Shown here one piece after another: positions 19,413-31,540 of a stretch of 64,000 bases of DNA. This DNA comes from Escherichia phage UPEC01: the sequence record MW233709. One strand, written 5' to 3'. Position 1 is the first letter of the stretch. Each line of letters begins with the position of its first letter. A program made the translations under genes and the position numbers. The notes under the pieces were generated by a model. That model was not told the origin of the DNA. It searched no databases and saw nothing but the letters and a program-made list of their open reading frames with translations.

Positions 19413-20693
19413 TTACGCCTCATAAATGATTGGCGGAAGTTTAACACCGAGCAGATAAGACATATTGCTCTGACCGGCCATTAAATCCATATTGGTTGCA
19501 TCGATAATACGAGCTTCTTTATCGTCTTTAGCAACGGTGTAAGGGTTAGCTGAAAGTGCATAACGAACCATCAAAGAGATAGCTGGTTGCAAACTGTCAG
19601 GGTCCACAATGACTTTAAACGCGCCTACATGCTCTTCATCATCTAAGTCCAGGCCTTCGGTATAAGGAGCATAGAAGATTGAGCCTACGACTTCGTTTCC
19701 GCCGTAATTTTCTTTAACGCCAACGGTTACATAATCCAATGGACTGTTAACATCACAGAATACAGGAAGACCATTAATCAAATAACCGTACGCTGTTTCA
19801 GGAAGCCACTGTTCGTCTTCAGGTTTATGCTTCAGCCAGCCAGAACCGGCCAACATAGCAGCAACACGGCTGGAGGCAACAACAAAGGTACCGGAATAAG
19901 ATGTAGTTTTCTGAATTTCGGAGTTCATTTCGCAAACCAGTTCGTACAGTTTACGTGCGCCTTCTGGAGCTGCATCATATGTTAAATCGATGGTGCCATT
20001 GTCAGAAACACCAGTTACTTTATAACGCTTGGAAACGGTAATAAGAGACTGAAGAACATCTTTGTTAATTTCATCTGCCATAATAGTAGCAAGCAGGTCT
20101 TCCAGGAAAGCAGGAGCATTAAAGCCATTTGCTTCCATATCCTGAGCAAGCTCAACAGTTAATGCAGTTTTCAATTTACGGGATTTAACAGGAGCATTCC
20201 ATTTATTAACCTGGAATACAGCGTTACTAATTTCAACATCACCGGCTTCAAATTTCTCGGTGTGCGCTGCATCAGGAACCAAACGAATGGTTAATGCAAT
20301 AAGACCTTCTTGCAGAACATCTGATAATACAGTTTCGGTAGTCGATGCAAATGGATTATCAACCAGAGCTTTGTAAACGATATTTTGGTATTTTACATAT
20401 TCGCCTTTAGCAACAGGCTGAGTGGCTGTAGTTAATTCTGGAATAGTTGTACGGTCTTTAGAACCGACTTCGCCTCCATAAGTAGCGCCCGTCTGGAAAC
20501 TGAATTCATTATCAGGAGTAAGATATTTAACACCATACAGTGCAGCAACAGGCTGGTTAGTACGTTGTTCAGCGATGATATCGCGGTAAATCAATTTAGT
20601 CGTAGCGCGGGTCAAAGCAACAAGATTCGGGCGGCCCAATGAGTTGCTGGTAGTAATAGTTGACTCGCGCAGTAATTTGTTAATCTTTGCCAT
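19413..20693 (-). CDS. 24: head vertex protein gp24
   Basis: 426 aa; MAKINKLLRESTITTSNSLGRPNLVALTRATTKLIY...EQRTNQPVAALYGVKYL closely matches T4 gp24 as recalled; late promoter 27 nt upstream. Confidence 0.9.
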   Translation of the reverse strand: MAKINKLLRESTITTSNSLGRPNLVALTRATTKLIYRDIIAEQRTNQPVAALYGVKYLTPDNEFSFQTGATYGGEVGSKDRTTIPELTTATQPVAKGEYVKYQNIVYKALVDNPFASTTETVLSDVLQEGLIALTIRLVPDAAHTEKFEAGDVEISNAVFQVNKWNAPVKSRKLKTALTVELAQDMEANGFNAPAFLEDLLATIMADEINKDVLQSLITVSKRYKVTGVSDNGTIDLTYDAAPEGARKLYELVCEMNSEIQKTTSYSGTFVVASSRVAAMLAGSGWLKHKPEDEQWLPETAYGYLINGLPVFCDVNSPLDYVTVGVKENYGGNEVVGSIFYAPYTEGLDLDDEEHVGAFKVIVDPDSLQPAISLMVRYALSANPYTVAKDDKEARIIDATNMDLMAGQSNMSYLLGVKLPPIIYEA

Positions 20694-20719
20694 TTGCGCT
20701 TTCCTTTTGTGATATACTT

Positions 20720-20727
20720 TATTTATA
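20720..20727 (-). promoter_or_regulatory. late promoter TATAAATA (gene 24)
   Basis: Octamer on minus strand 27 nt upstream of gp24 ATG. Confidence 0.7.
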
Positions 20728-20733
20728 AAAGTT

Positions 20734-20780
20734 GTTTACAACCAGATTAAGATAAGACATAATGATTCCATACTGAGTTA
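20734..20780 (+). promoter_or_regulatory. early promoter cassette G (GTTTAC, 18 nt, CATAAT, then conserved leader GATTCCATACTGAGTTA)
   Basis: Drives ORF 20805; the leader sequence recurs at 58316 and 59361. Confidence 0.55.
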
Positions 20781-20804
20781 ACAAACAAAACCTGGAGTTT
20801 AAAA

Positions 20805-21086
20805 ATGAACAAAGCAACTTTCCTTCTGAACACCTTTAAAAAATTGGAAATTGAAGTTATTGCATTGGTCAACAAATACCCAAATGGCGTTAATGGTAAT
20901 GCTCTGAACAAACTAGTTAAAAAATATGAAAACTTAGCATATGACACTGATTTCTGGTGGAATGGTAATTATTCTACTCACACTAAAGATAAAAATGGTA
21001 ACTGGTTGAAACTTCAAGAAAACAATGTTAACTTCAGAGACCTCATCAAGCGCCGGGTAGAAGTTCATTTAAATGGTATGGTATGA
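20805..21086 (+). CDS. hypothetical small protein, early gene embedded between genes 24 and 23 on the opposite strand
   Basis: 93-aa ORF with its own early promoter (GTTTAC, 18 nt, CATAAT), GGAG RBS, and a bidirectional terminator downstream. Confidence 0.55.
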   Translation: MNKATFLLNTFKKLEIEVIALVNKYPNGVNGNALNKLVKKYENLAYDTDFWWNGNYSTHTKDKNGNWLKLQENNVNFRDLIKRRVEVHLNGMV

Positions 21087-21090
21087 AAAC

Positions 21091-21120
21091 AAGAAAGGGA
21101 CCTCAAGGGTCCCTTTTTAT
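21091..21120. terminator. bidirectional terminator between ORF 20805 (plus) and gene 23 (minus)
   Basis: AAGAAAGGGACCTCAAGGGTCCCTTTTT: 6-bp stem flanked by A-run and T-run. Confidence 0.8.
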
Positions 21121-21136
21121 TTAACTTAATCTAAGA

Positions 21137-22696
21137 TTAAATTCCTTTAACATATACGCGGCGGAAGTAACCGTTCAAGCCGAGGCTGTTAACGATGTCC
21201 GGCATGCCGTTTTGAATACGCTTGGTCGGAGCCTGAGCTGTCGGGTCAGCGAACGGGTTAATACCGATACCGTAACGGGTTTTGAAGCCCATAACCGGCT
21301 GGAAGTTTTTCGGGTCAGAGCCACGCAGCGGAGTCAGTGCAACATATGGTGCATAGTAGATACCAGCATCCATTTCGTTAGCGCCTTTGTAACCGATGGT
21401 GAAGTAGTCTGCACGAGCATACTGGTCGATATAGACACGGTATTTGCCACCCAGAACACCAGCGAACACAGCTTTAGTGGTGTCAACGTTGAAACCTTTA
21501 CCCAGACCCTGAGCAGCATAAGATACGGAGGTATCAACTGCAGCCAGTACGTTAACTACGTTACGGGAAGCGATGATGAAGTTACCTGCACCACGGCCAG
21601 TCTGACGAGCGATTTCAGCAGCTTCTTTGTCAATCTGGAACAGTAAAGCTTTGAAGCTTTCACCAGCCCAACGAGCACCACGGATATCAATCGGGTCCTG
21701 GAAGTCAAACACACCAGCTTTAGCGCCAACGGTGTTGGTCATACCAGATTTACCAACCTGAGCGGAGTAGTTAATCCAATCGATAACTTCGCGGTTGATT
21801 TCCAGCATAATTTCGGTAGCCAGAATACCACTCAATTCAGCATCAGCATCCATACCGTGGACAGCGCGGAGGTCCTGCGCCAGTTCGATAGAGTAGCTTG
21901 CTTTAAGCTGACGGGATTTAGCTTCGATAACTTGTTTGTCGATGCGGAAGCCCATTTCGTTCCACGGGTTATCAGTAGAACCGTTAAAGCCTTCCTGCAA
22001 TTCGGCGATAGAGGTAGCCATACCTTCAGCGATTTCTGCCAGCTTACCAGCTTCGAGCAGTTTGGTAACTTCAGCGTCAAGTTTAGCAGCATCAGTAGCG
22101 GCGGCATCGACGGTTACAGCTTCAACAGCCTGGTAGTGCGCAGAACCGGTTGCTTCGAAGAAGTGTGAATAAATTTTACCAACGGTAAGAACTTTGCTTG
22201 CAGCCAGAGCTTCGAAAGCTTCAGCAGCGCCCTGACCAGAGAACATAGCGTTCGGAGCATACATCGGGTGGAAAGCTTCTTTAGCACCAGCAGCTACAGG
22301 GTCTTTACCGTAAACTGCACGCAGGGCAAATACCTGGCCAGTCGGGTTGTTCAGAGGCTGTACGCCACAAATATCAAACGCAATCAGATGCGGGATAGCA
22401 CGACGAACCATACCCATAACTGCCGGCCCAATCTGAGTTACTGCGCCAGAGGTCTGGCCAGCAGCGATATTGGTAGCATCATAACCATGGTCACCACCGA
22501 TTTCAGCTTCGGTCAGGAAAGAACCAAATGCTTCGGAGATTTTTTCGTCACGGTATTCAGGAGCGGTCAGAATATCTTGTTCCTGGTTTTCAAAGATTTT
22601 AGCGATGATAGCTTGTTTAGAAGCACCAACGATTTCCGGAAGAGCTTCGTTTTCCAGCAGAGCGGACCATTTTTGAACTAATGCATTCTTTTTCAT
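21137..22696 (-). CDS. 23: major capsid protein gp23
   Basis: 519 aa; very close to T4 gp23 throughout (e.g. SKQAIIAKIFENQE, IAAGQTSGAVTQIGPAVMGMVRRAIP, C-terminal FRRVYVKGI). Confidence 0.97.
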   Translation of the reverse strand: MKKNALVQKWSALLENEALPEIVGASKQAIIAKIFENQEQDILTAPEYRDEKISEAFGSFLTEAEIGGDHGYDATNIAAGQTSGAVTQIGPAVMGMVRRAIPHLIAFDICGVQPLNNPTGQVFALRAVYGKDPVAAGAKEAFHPMYAPNAMFSGQGAAEAFEALAASKVLTVGKIYSHFFEATGSAHYQAVEAVTVDAAATDAAKLDAEVTKLLEAGKLAEIAEGMATSIAELQEGFNGSTDNPWNEMGFRIDKQVIEAKSRQLKASYSIELAQDLRAVHGMDADAELSGILATEIMLEINREVIDWINYSAQVGKSGMTNTVGAKAGVFDFQDPIDIRGARWAGESFKALLFQIDKEAAEIARQTGRGAGNFIIASRNVVNVLAAVDTSVSYAAQGLGKGFNVDTTKAVFAGVLGGKYRVYIDQYARADYFTIGYKGANEMDAGIYYAPYVALTPLRGSDPKNFQPVMGFKTRYGIGINPFADPTAQAPTKRIQNGMPDIVNSLGLNGYFRRVYVKGI

Positions 22697-22717
22697 GTGT
22701 TGTATAACCTTATTAAA

Positions 22718-23536
22718 TTAAGAAATTCGTGATGCTGCGAGAGCAGACAAGTCCGCGAAGGACAGGGTAGGCTTGGCGCCTTTTTCTTCAACTGCTTCTG
22801 AAATGTAATTCAGTGCCGCAGCATCGTCTACATTTTTATTTATAGCGGCTTCGGTGATTGGTTTGTCGGTGGGTTCTACCTGACCTTTAACCATTTCAAC
22901 GATAGCGCCAATTTTGGTACCGAATGCATCAGAGTATTCCATGCCTTCTACCAGAGAACCAACTTTTTCTTTTTGGGATTCAGTCAGGTCTTTAGTTGCT
23001 TCAGTCAACGCAACTTCACGTTGGACATAATTGATATAAGCATCACGCTTAGAAACTTCTTCGAACAGGTTAGCGGTTTCTTCTTTCTGTTCAGCCAGTT
23101 CTTCCTGCATTTCTGCAACAACATCGACAGATTCTTCTGGAACAACAACGTTGTGCTCAACGAACAGTTCTTTCATGCCGGTGAACATGGATTCGAACAG
23201 GTCAGCTTTAATGCCACGGTCGACAGCCAGTTTATTTTCAGCGAGCCATTCTTTAGCAACGTGGTCCAGGAATTTAGCTGCAGATTCTTTCAGTTTTTTC
23301 TCTGCTTTTTCGTCGGCTTCTTCTTTATTCTTTTCGACTTCTTCTTCAGCTTTTTCAGCGATGGCGTGAATGTGAGATTCTGCCAGTTTGATGGCGTGTT
23401 GCTTGACGGTAGCTTCGAATACAGTGCCGAAGGTAGCTTTCGCTTCCGGGGACAAATTAACTGATTCGAAAATACTATCGAGAGCAACGGAAGCATCGAT
23501 ATTCTGAGCTTCAGAAATGAGTTGTTCTTTAAGCAT
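22718..23536 (-). CDS. 22: prohead core scaffold protein gp22
   Basis: 272 aa, acidic coiled-coil; size and position match T4 gp22 (269 aa); late promoter 30 nt upstream. Confidence 0.88.
   Translation of the reverse strand: MLKEQLISEAQNIDASVALDSIFESVNLSPEAKATFGTVFEATVKQHAIKLAESHIHAIAEKAEEEVEKNKEEADEKAEKKLKESAAKFLDHVAKEWLAENKLAVDRGIKADLFESMFTGMKELFVEHNVVVPEESVDVVAEMQEELAEQKEETANLFEEVSKRDAYINYVQREVALTEATKDLTESQKEKVGSLVEGMEYSDAFGTKIGAIVEMVKGQVEPTDKPITEAAINKNVDDAAALNYISEAVEEKGAKPTLSFADLSALAASRIS
22837..22844 (-). promoter_or_regulatory. candidate late promoter TATAAATA inside gene 22 (gene 23)
   Basis: Octamer on minus strand about 140 nt upstream of gp23 ATG; none found closer. Confidence 0.4.
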
Positions 23537-23565
23537 TTTGTAGTCCTGTTGTTAAGATATACATT

Positions 23566-23573
23566 TATTTATA
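23566..23573 (-). promoter_or_regulatory. late promoter TATAAATA (gene 22)
   Basis: Octamer on minus strand 30 nt upstream of gp22 ATG. Confidence 0.65.
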
Positions 23574-24207
23574 ACGTCTTTAAAGCCTCTGCGAGAGCCA
23601 TAAAGGCGTCGTCGGCACTTGTATCGGCTTCCGCCGTTTGTGATTCTGTAATCTGCTTTGGTTTGACCCAAGCGTCCGGAGCACTTGGCCCCCATACTGC
23701 ATCTACTCCAACCGTCAATTTAAAACCTTCATTGACGATGTTATAACCTTTTGCTGATTTAGTCAGGGAACCGAGCCCACGACTAGATACACCAGGAATC
23801 CAACCCGCTCTTATATTCGCAGCAAGTTTATCACCTGGGCCATGGTCGCCTTCGATAATACGCGCGCGGCCATATACATCATTCCCTTTCCACCACATTT
23901 CCTCGATAATAATTGCCGCCTGCATAGGGTCAACGTTTGCACGAGGTGGATGGTTTAATTCTCCAAGAGACTGCTTGGTTTCAACCTGTTCGGCGATATA
24001 GTCCGCAACGGCTTTTTCCAAAATATGTTTAGGATAAAGTCGTTTATTACGGTTAACAACTTCAGCTTGTAGGAAAATACCTTCAATATAAAGTCCTGGC
24101 TTTAAACCGCTGCTGGAACCATCATGAGATTCCAACATCGGTACACCATCTTTAATTTCGCCCGGTTGACCCCAGTGTTCGATTAGTAACTCTGGTTTCT
24201 GTTCCAT
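23569..24207 (-). CDS. 21: prohead core protease gp21
   Basis: 212 aa; LIEHWGQPGEI.DGVPMLES.DGSSSGLKPGLYIEGIF.QAEVVNRNKRLYPK...GDHGPGDKLAANIRAGWIPGVSSRGLGSL matches T4 gp21. Confidence 0.95.
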   Translation of the reverse strand: MEQKPELLIEHWGQPGEIKDGVPMLESHDGSSSGLKPGLYIEGIFLQAEVVNRNKRLYPKHILEKAVADYIAEQVETKQSLGELNHPPRANVDPMQAAIIIEEMWWKGNDVYGRARIIEGDHGPGDKLAANIRAGWIPGVSSRGLGSLTKSAKGYNIVNEGFKLTVGVDAVWGPSAPDAWVKPKQITESQTAEADTSADDAFMALAEALKTL

Positions 24208-24635
24208 TAATCAAGTCCGAATGCTTTACGCTTAGCTCGAGCTTTTTTGCGCTTGCGCTCTGCTCTGATTTGCGTAGATGGGTTTGCTCTTTTCGTTTTA
24301 GTAGCCAGACGGGCAATTTGACGACGTTTAGCTTTAGAAAGACCAGTTGTTTGGAAAGCATTACGCTTACGAGTAGCTAGGTCTTTTGTGCGGGTTAACT
24401 CACCGCGAGACGATACATGTTTAACGATAAATTCGTTAAGCTGAACACCTTCATTCAGAGCGCCGATAACCGTTGCTTTTTCATATTCACCGGCTGCAAA
24501 CATGTTTTCTACAATAATATTTATATCGTCTTTTTCTAAGGCTTCAGATAATGAATCAAATTGTCCCTGAGCTTCTTCGGAAACACTTTCGATGTTTTCA
24601 AGAGTTAATTCGTAATCATCAGGGATAATAAACAT
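24207..24635 (-). CDS. 68: prohead core protein gp68
   Basis: 142 aa (T4 gp68 141 aa), between genes 67 and 21 as in T4. Confidence 0.75.
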   Translation of the reverse strand: MFIIPDDYELTLENIESVSEEAQGQFDSLSEALEKDDINIIVENMFAAGEYEKATVIGALNEGVQLNEFIVKHVSSRGELTRTKDLATRKRNAFQTTGLSKAKRRQIARLATKTKRANPSTQIRAERKRKKARAKRKAFGLD

Positions 24636-24892
24636 TATTCATCGTCCTCATCTTCATCGTCGTCGCCTTCATCTGCGTCGTCAGATTCTTTTTTGTCTTT
24701 CTTTTCTGCTTTGGCGTCGTCCTTGCCTTCATCATCTTCTTTAGGCTCTTCACCTTCAATCATGATGGAACGTGCAATTTCAATCTTACGTTCTTCAATC
24801 AAACTACCGCATACTGGGCCAATGTTTTCAGCAAAATATTTGCGAACGGCTACGAGGTCGTTTGATTTAATGGCTTCAAATAAATCATCCAT
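24635..24892 (-). CDS. 67: prohead core protein gp67
   Basis: 85 aa with an extremely acidic C-terminus; T4 gp67 about 80 aa; conserved position after gene 20. Confidence 0.75.
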   Translation of the reverse strand: MDDLFEAIKSNDLVAVRKYFAENIGPVCGSLIEERKIEIARSIMIEGEEPKEDDEGKDDAKAEKKDKKESDDADEGDDDEDEDDE

Positions 24893-26466
24893 TAGAAATC
24901 CTCTTCTTCTTCTTCAGGGTTTTGGAAACGAGCCTCTTTGGACTCCAATTCAATTTGCTTAGCTTCTTGATTAATTTCTTCATCAGACATCTGGAGGAAG
25001 TCCTTCATAGCCGTTTGATGCGAAATATATTTACCGATAAACGGTTCAGCCATCGTTAGCATATTGATTCTGCGTTCCATGATTTCTGCATCTTTCATTT
25101 CAGTGAAATAGCTATCACGGTTGAACGTAACTTTAATATTATTTAGTTCCTTGTCCCATTCCTCTTCTGAAATAACTTTTTTCAGGATAAGGTTGGTTTT
25201 AAGCGGGTCGAGGAAAACTTCTTCAAATTTATTCTGTAACTGTCTAATCCATTTAGAGAAATTCAATTCATCGCGAGTAATTGTCGCCCCCGCATCAAAC
25301 ATAACGCCGCTGTTCTGGTCATTAGGGATACGAGATAATGGAATTCTGAGAGCCTGATATAGGTTGTTCTTAAACCAGCGAACATCGTCCATATCCGACA
25401 TGCCTTGTGCACCTGGGAGAGTATCAACTTCGGTGACTGCTTTACCGTCACGACGTTGCAACCAATAGTCTTCTGTCATTGACATATTGTGCTGTTGGTT
25501 TTTGATTTTACCCGTAGTTGCATCATATACGACACGGTTTTTCATCGTGTTCATAATATGTTGCATATGTGCTGCTGCTTTACGAGACGGCATATTCCCA
25601 GTATCGATATAAAAGACTCGGCGGTCTGGAGCACGAGTTATACGATAAATGACTAAAGCATCTTCTAATAGTTTTAATTGGTTTGCAGGTTTGATTGCTC
25701 GTTGCAGGTATCCGATGATATTCTTACCGCAACAATCAAGTAATCCGGAATGCGCATATACAATTGCCGCACGAGGAATTTTTATTTTAGTACCCGCTTC
25801 ATATATACGACCATCGGCACAATAACTTTCATGACCTGTATCGTATACAAAATATTCTCTGTAACCGTCAACAATTTTCGTACCATTTTCCATGCGTGTA
25901 ACGATTTCACGGATGAACTGGATTTGTCTTGGGTCAAGGCGACGAAGTTCTTGAACACCTTCTTTAAGTTTTGAAGGGTTGATAATTTTGTGGAAGAAAA
26001 TTCGAGAATCCACATACCAACGTTTAAAGTGGTCAGAACCTTTACGCTCGAAATTAAGGAGGTTATTAACTTCCGAGAATTCTTCGAGAATTCGGTCTTT
26101 AATTTTCTGACTAAATTCAGTAGCATCAAGGTTAAGAGCTACAACATCTTTGCCGTCTTCAAATACGATGGCATCAGATACAATCTCTTGAACCGCGTTA
26201 TCAACTTCATAATTATTTAGTAGGTTACGGTATGTGTCAATTAATTCCCTGGTGTTTTTTACTTCCGGTTCGTTGCTCCCGAACATCTGTTGCATCAATG
26301 CATTATACGGGACGTTTTGTTCTTGTGACTCAATTTCGCGAGCCCCATCATCAAACTTCGGCCCGGTCATTGACTCTAAATTATTTTTTTCTTGTTGCTT
26401 ATATTCTTGTTCATCTTCTTTAGCCCAAGGCTTAAGAAAATTTAGTATTGTATTAAAACCTGCCAT
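24892..26466 (-). CDS. 20: portal vertex protein gp20
   Basis: 524 aa, same length as T4 gp20; [37 protein letters not shown]-terminal EEEEDF match T4 as recalled. Confidence 0.95.
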   Translation of the reverse strand: MAGFNTILNFLKPWAKEDEQEYKQQEKNNLESMTGPKFDDGAREIESQEQNVPYNALMQQMFGSNEPEVKNTRELIDTYRNLLNNYEVDNAVQEIVSDAIVFEDGKDVVALNLDATEFSQKIKDRILEEFSEVNNLLNFERKGSDHFKRWYVDSRIFFHKIINPSKLKEGVQELRRLDPRQIQFIREIVTRMENGTKIVDGYREYFVYDTGHESYCADGRIYEAGTKIKIPRAAIVYAHSGLLDCCGKNIIGYLQRAIKPANQLKLLEDALVIYRITRAPDRRVFYIDTGNMPSRKAAAHMQHIMNTMKNRVVYDATTGKIKNQQHNMSMTEDYWLQRRDGKAVTEVDTLPGAQGMSDMDDVRWFKNNLYQALRIPLSRIPNDQNSGVMFDAGATITRDELNFSKWIRQLQNKFEEVFLDPLKTNLILKKVISEEEWDKELNNIKVTFNRDSYFTEMKDAEIMERRINMLTMAEPFIGKYISHQTAMKDFLQMSDEEINQEAKQIELESKEARFQNPEEEEEDF

Positions 26467-26514
26467 TAGAGTCTCCGAAGTTTGGGAAATGAGGCCGAAG
26501 CCTCATAATAACTT

Positions 26515-26522
26515 TATTTATA
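26515..26522 (-). promoter_or_regulatory. late promoter TATAAATA (gene 20)
   Basis: Octamer on minus strand 49 nt upstream of gp20 ATG, followed by a GAGGC-UUCG-GCCUC leader hairpin. Confidence 0.65.
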
Positions 26523-26523
26523 C

Positions 26524-27015
26524 TTATTCCCACCAGTCAATAGCAAACGTTGTTTCAAACGTCTCAATCTCATTATTACTGTCCCAATCCATCTGGACTT
26601 CCCCAACGTTAGTTGGCCACATGCCGGTAATAACAACTTCTTTAGTAACGGTCTTGCCATCACGATGGAACTGGCGGACAGTAGCGGTTTTCTTATAATC
26701 AGCAGGAGCTGCACCGGTAATTTCGTTGGTCATACCGTGACACATATTTTGCCAATCAACAATTGCTTGACGAACTTTATGAGCATCGTCGTTATAAATC
26801 GTAATAGTCCAGTCATCAAATGTACGGTCTCCCGCAACGTTGATTTTACGGTTCATGTAACCAACTGGTACTTTTTCTACAATGCCTGCTGGCATCGGGG
26901 CTGCTTTACAATGGAAAGCAAAGTTTTTACCCAGGAATGGGATTTCGACTTCGAACAGGTTAGGGCGAGCAAAGTCACCGGATTCGAAAGCGCGTGTGAT
27001 ATCGGTCAACTCCAT
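26524..27015 (-). CDS. 19: tail tube protein gp19
   Basis: Start at internal ATG 27015 (GAGGA RBS; late promoter 53 nt upstream); ...TRAFESGDFARPNLFEVEI...GIVEKVPVGYMNRKINVAGDRTFDDWT matches T4 gp19 (163 aa). Confidence 0.92.
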   Translation of the reverse strand: MELTDITRAFESGDFARPNLFEVEIPFLGKNFAFHCKAAPMPAGIVEKVPVGYMNRKINVAGDRTFDDWTITIYNDDAHKVRQAIVDWQNMCHGMTNEITGAAPADYKKTATVRQFHRDGKTVTKEVVITGMWPTNVGEVQMDWDSNNEIETFETTFAIDWWE

Positions 27016-27067
27016 TAAGGAATCCTCTTTATAGACACAGGTCGCGCGTACGCGTCCCTGATGCATG

Positions 27068-27075
27068 TATTTATA
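27068..27075 (-). promoter_or_regulatory. late promoter TATAAATA (gene 19)
   Basis: Octamer on minus strand 53 nt upstream of the 27015 start. Confidence 0.65.
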
Positions 27076-27146
27076 CTAGGTAATATGATTCATCATCTCA
27101 AGATAATGGCTTCCTAGAATCAACCACAGGAGCCCGTAGAACCGAT

Positions 27147-27184
27147 TATGCTTTTATTTATAACACTGTATAATGGTTCTACGG
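27147..27184. promoter_or_regulatory. composite element: plus-strand MotA-box middle-promoter copy (GGTTCTACGG variant) overlapping a minus-strand TATAAATA
   Basis: Plus: TGCTTTT, 13-nt spacer, TATAAT 27169-27174, GGTTCTACGG; minus: TATAAATA at 27155-27162. The plus-strand promoter points antisense into gene 18. Confidence 0.5.
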
Positions 27185-27220
27185 TTTTACTGCTAATTAA
27201 TTCTTTCTAAGCGATGATAA

Positions 27221-29200
27221 TTATTGTGGCCCAATCAGCTCATCAAAATCAGCACCAGTGCTTGTGGCTACGAAATTAAGCGTGATGTAGTTGATGCTGC
27301 GCGCAGGTTTAAAATAAATGCTAGCAACAAACTCATTTCGGTCTATGACCGACGGGGTGTTGTTAGTAGTATCACAAACCACACGACCTTCATAAATGCC
27401 ACCGAGTGCACGAATACCATCCAAGTATTGAGAAGTTTCCATACGGAATGATGCACGAGTGAAGTTATCGTTAAGCTCAAACAGTTTATATTTGGATGCG
27501 TCACCGATATTTTTCTTCAGCATATTCGTAAGACGGCGAACGTTAATATGGTCCATCGGAGATGGAACTTTAGTTGCAGTCTTATCACCATACAGAACAA
27601 AACCATCACCACCTGCGAAACCAACAACCGGGTTGATAGCTTCTTGATACATGCGGTCACGCTGGGTCTGACGAGGTTCAACAGCCAATTTCAGAACATT
27701 CAGAATCTGACCACGGTTATAACCAGCCGGAGACATCCAAGGCTGAGAAACATCATCAGTACGAGCACACAGTCCAGCCATATCAGCTGCCAGAGGAACC
27801 CAACGGTTAACGTCGTTATATTTATCATACTGATATTTATAGTTGCCATCAATCGCTGCATAAGTCGTGCTGATATTCATGTTATCAGTATCAAATGCGC
27901 CAGCACCTGTACGCCAGTCAATCAGGTTATCCACTGCACGGGTCAGAGGAACGTTAACCAACAGACCTTTCGGCGGGGAAATGAATGCCAAGCAATCCTG
28001 ACGTTCGTCAGCAATAGAAACCACGTGCTTCTGAACAGTGGAAGCGGTCGCATCACCTTCACCAGCACAAGCACCAGCGATAAGCAGGTTGATATGCAGA
28101 GCTTCACGGTCAGCGAACAGGTCCCAACCTTGCATCAAATCACCAGCGGTAATCTTATCGTTTGCAGAAATACCACCAGACAGATTGATGATACCACTGA
28201 AGCCTACAGGCCAGTTGCGAGATGTTGCATAGATGTAGTTGGAAGTACCTTTTGCAAAGTAGTCATCCAGGTAAATGTTATTACCATAAACATCTTTTTC
28301 GCCCTGCTTAGTAGACAAAACAACGTTTTCGACGATTGCACCATCGCGGCGAACGATAATTGCATATTGGTTTTCGGTCTGAGGACCATAGTTAAACACT
28401 GCACGAGCTATAGAAGCGCGGGAACCACCACCGGGGAAAATATCCAGATTTGCAGTTGCGCCTTTTTCAAATTCAGCTTTGGATACGATTTCAACTTCAA
28501 GAGTCGAACCAATTTCACCAGGATAAAGAGCAACAACACCCGGCATTGCATATTTTGCCAATGATGCCTGGAATTCCAGAGAAGTAATTGCTTCTTCACT
28601 GTTTTCTGCTTCAGTCAACAGAATGCCAGAATCGGTAACAATTTTCCCGACAGTGATGGTACCAGATACACCGGAAGAAGTGGTCGTAACTTCTGCAGTC
28701 CATGCACTGCCCAAATTAGGATACTGATTAATAGTTTTAGCAAATGCAATAATCTTATTGGTAGGAATAAAGATTGCCAGAATTTTACCATCAACATCGA
28801 CCTTGGTCACACGGCCAGCCGGTTCAACAACAGTCTGGTTGTGTTTAACTTGAATAACATCACCGACAGCATAGTTTGTACCAGCAGTTACGATGGTAGT
28901 TTCAATATTGCCAGCAATAGGGGATGCGTTTTTAGCTTCGTCACGGTTAACAACACGTACAGTACGGAGGTCGTTACCATATTGCAGGAAGTTCATCCCA
29001 CTCATAAAGTAATCTGCTGTTTCATTATTCGGACCACCAAACAAATCAACAAGTTCAACTTCGTTTGTAATCTGAGTTACCTGGAAAGCTGGGCCCCACT
29101 GGAATTTACCAACCAGCGCCGCACGACCCGTCGCGTTACGAACAACAGTGCTTTGGACCGTTGTTTCTTTGAGCTCAATGCCCGGAGATAATAAAGCCAT
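27221..29200 (-). CDS. 18: tail sheath protein gp18
   Basis: 659 aa, same length as T4 gp18; MALLSPGIELKETTVQSTVV..., C-terminal INYITLNFVATSTGADFDEL. Confidence 0.96.
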   Translation of the reverse strand: MALLSPGIELKETTVQSTVVRNATGRAALVGKFQWGPAFQVTQITNEVELVDLFGGPNNETADYFMSGMNFLQYGNDLRTVRVVNRDEAKNASPIAGNIETTIVTAGTNYAVGDVIQVKHNQTVVEPAGRVTKVDVDGKILAIFIPTNKIIAFAKTINQYPNLGSAWTAEVTTTSSGVSGTITVGKIVTDSGILLTEAENSEEAITSLEFQASLAKYAMPGVVALYPGEIGSTLEVEIVSKAEFEKGATANLDIFPGGGSRASIARAVFNYGPQTENQYAIIVRRDGAIVENVVLSTKQGEKDVYGNNIYLDDYFAKGTSNYIYATSRNWPVGFSGIINLSGGISANDKITAGDLMQGWDLFADREALHINLLIAGACAGEGDATASTVQKHVVSIADERQDCLAFISPPKGLLVNVPLTRAVDNLIDWRTGAGAFDTDNMNISTTYAAIDGNYKYQYDKYNDVNRWVPLAADMAGLCARTDDVSQPWMSPAGYNRGQILNVLKLAVEPRQTQRDRMYQEAINPVVGFAGGDGFVLYGDKTATKVPSPMDHINVRRLTNMLKKNIGDASKYKLFELNDNFTRASFRMETSQYLDGIRALGGIYEGRVVCDTTNNTPSVIDRNEFVASIYFKPARSINYITLNFVATSTGADFDELIGPQ

Positions 29201-29229
29201 TTTGAGTCCTCTAATAGTTTGCTTTACTT

Positions 29230-31536
<2,307 letters not shown>

Positions 31537-31540
<4 letters not shown>

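Noticed and set aside
18129-20693. The two gene 24 copies as an assembly or collapsed-repeat artefact
   Set aside because: The copies differ at roughly 40% of residues and at the nucleotide level throughout, with distinct junctions; this is a genuine divergent paralog pair.
27548-28564. 338-aa plus-strand ORF (and similar long antisense ORFs such as 1590..2234, 6830..7234, 22973..23464, 47879..48316)
   Set aside because: They lie entirely antisense within well-supported structural genes (18, alt, 29, 22, 5), have low-complexity translations, and lack start-site signals; treated as chance open frames.
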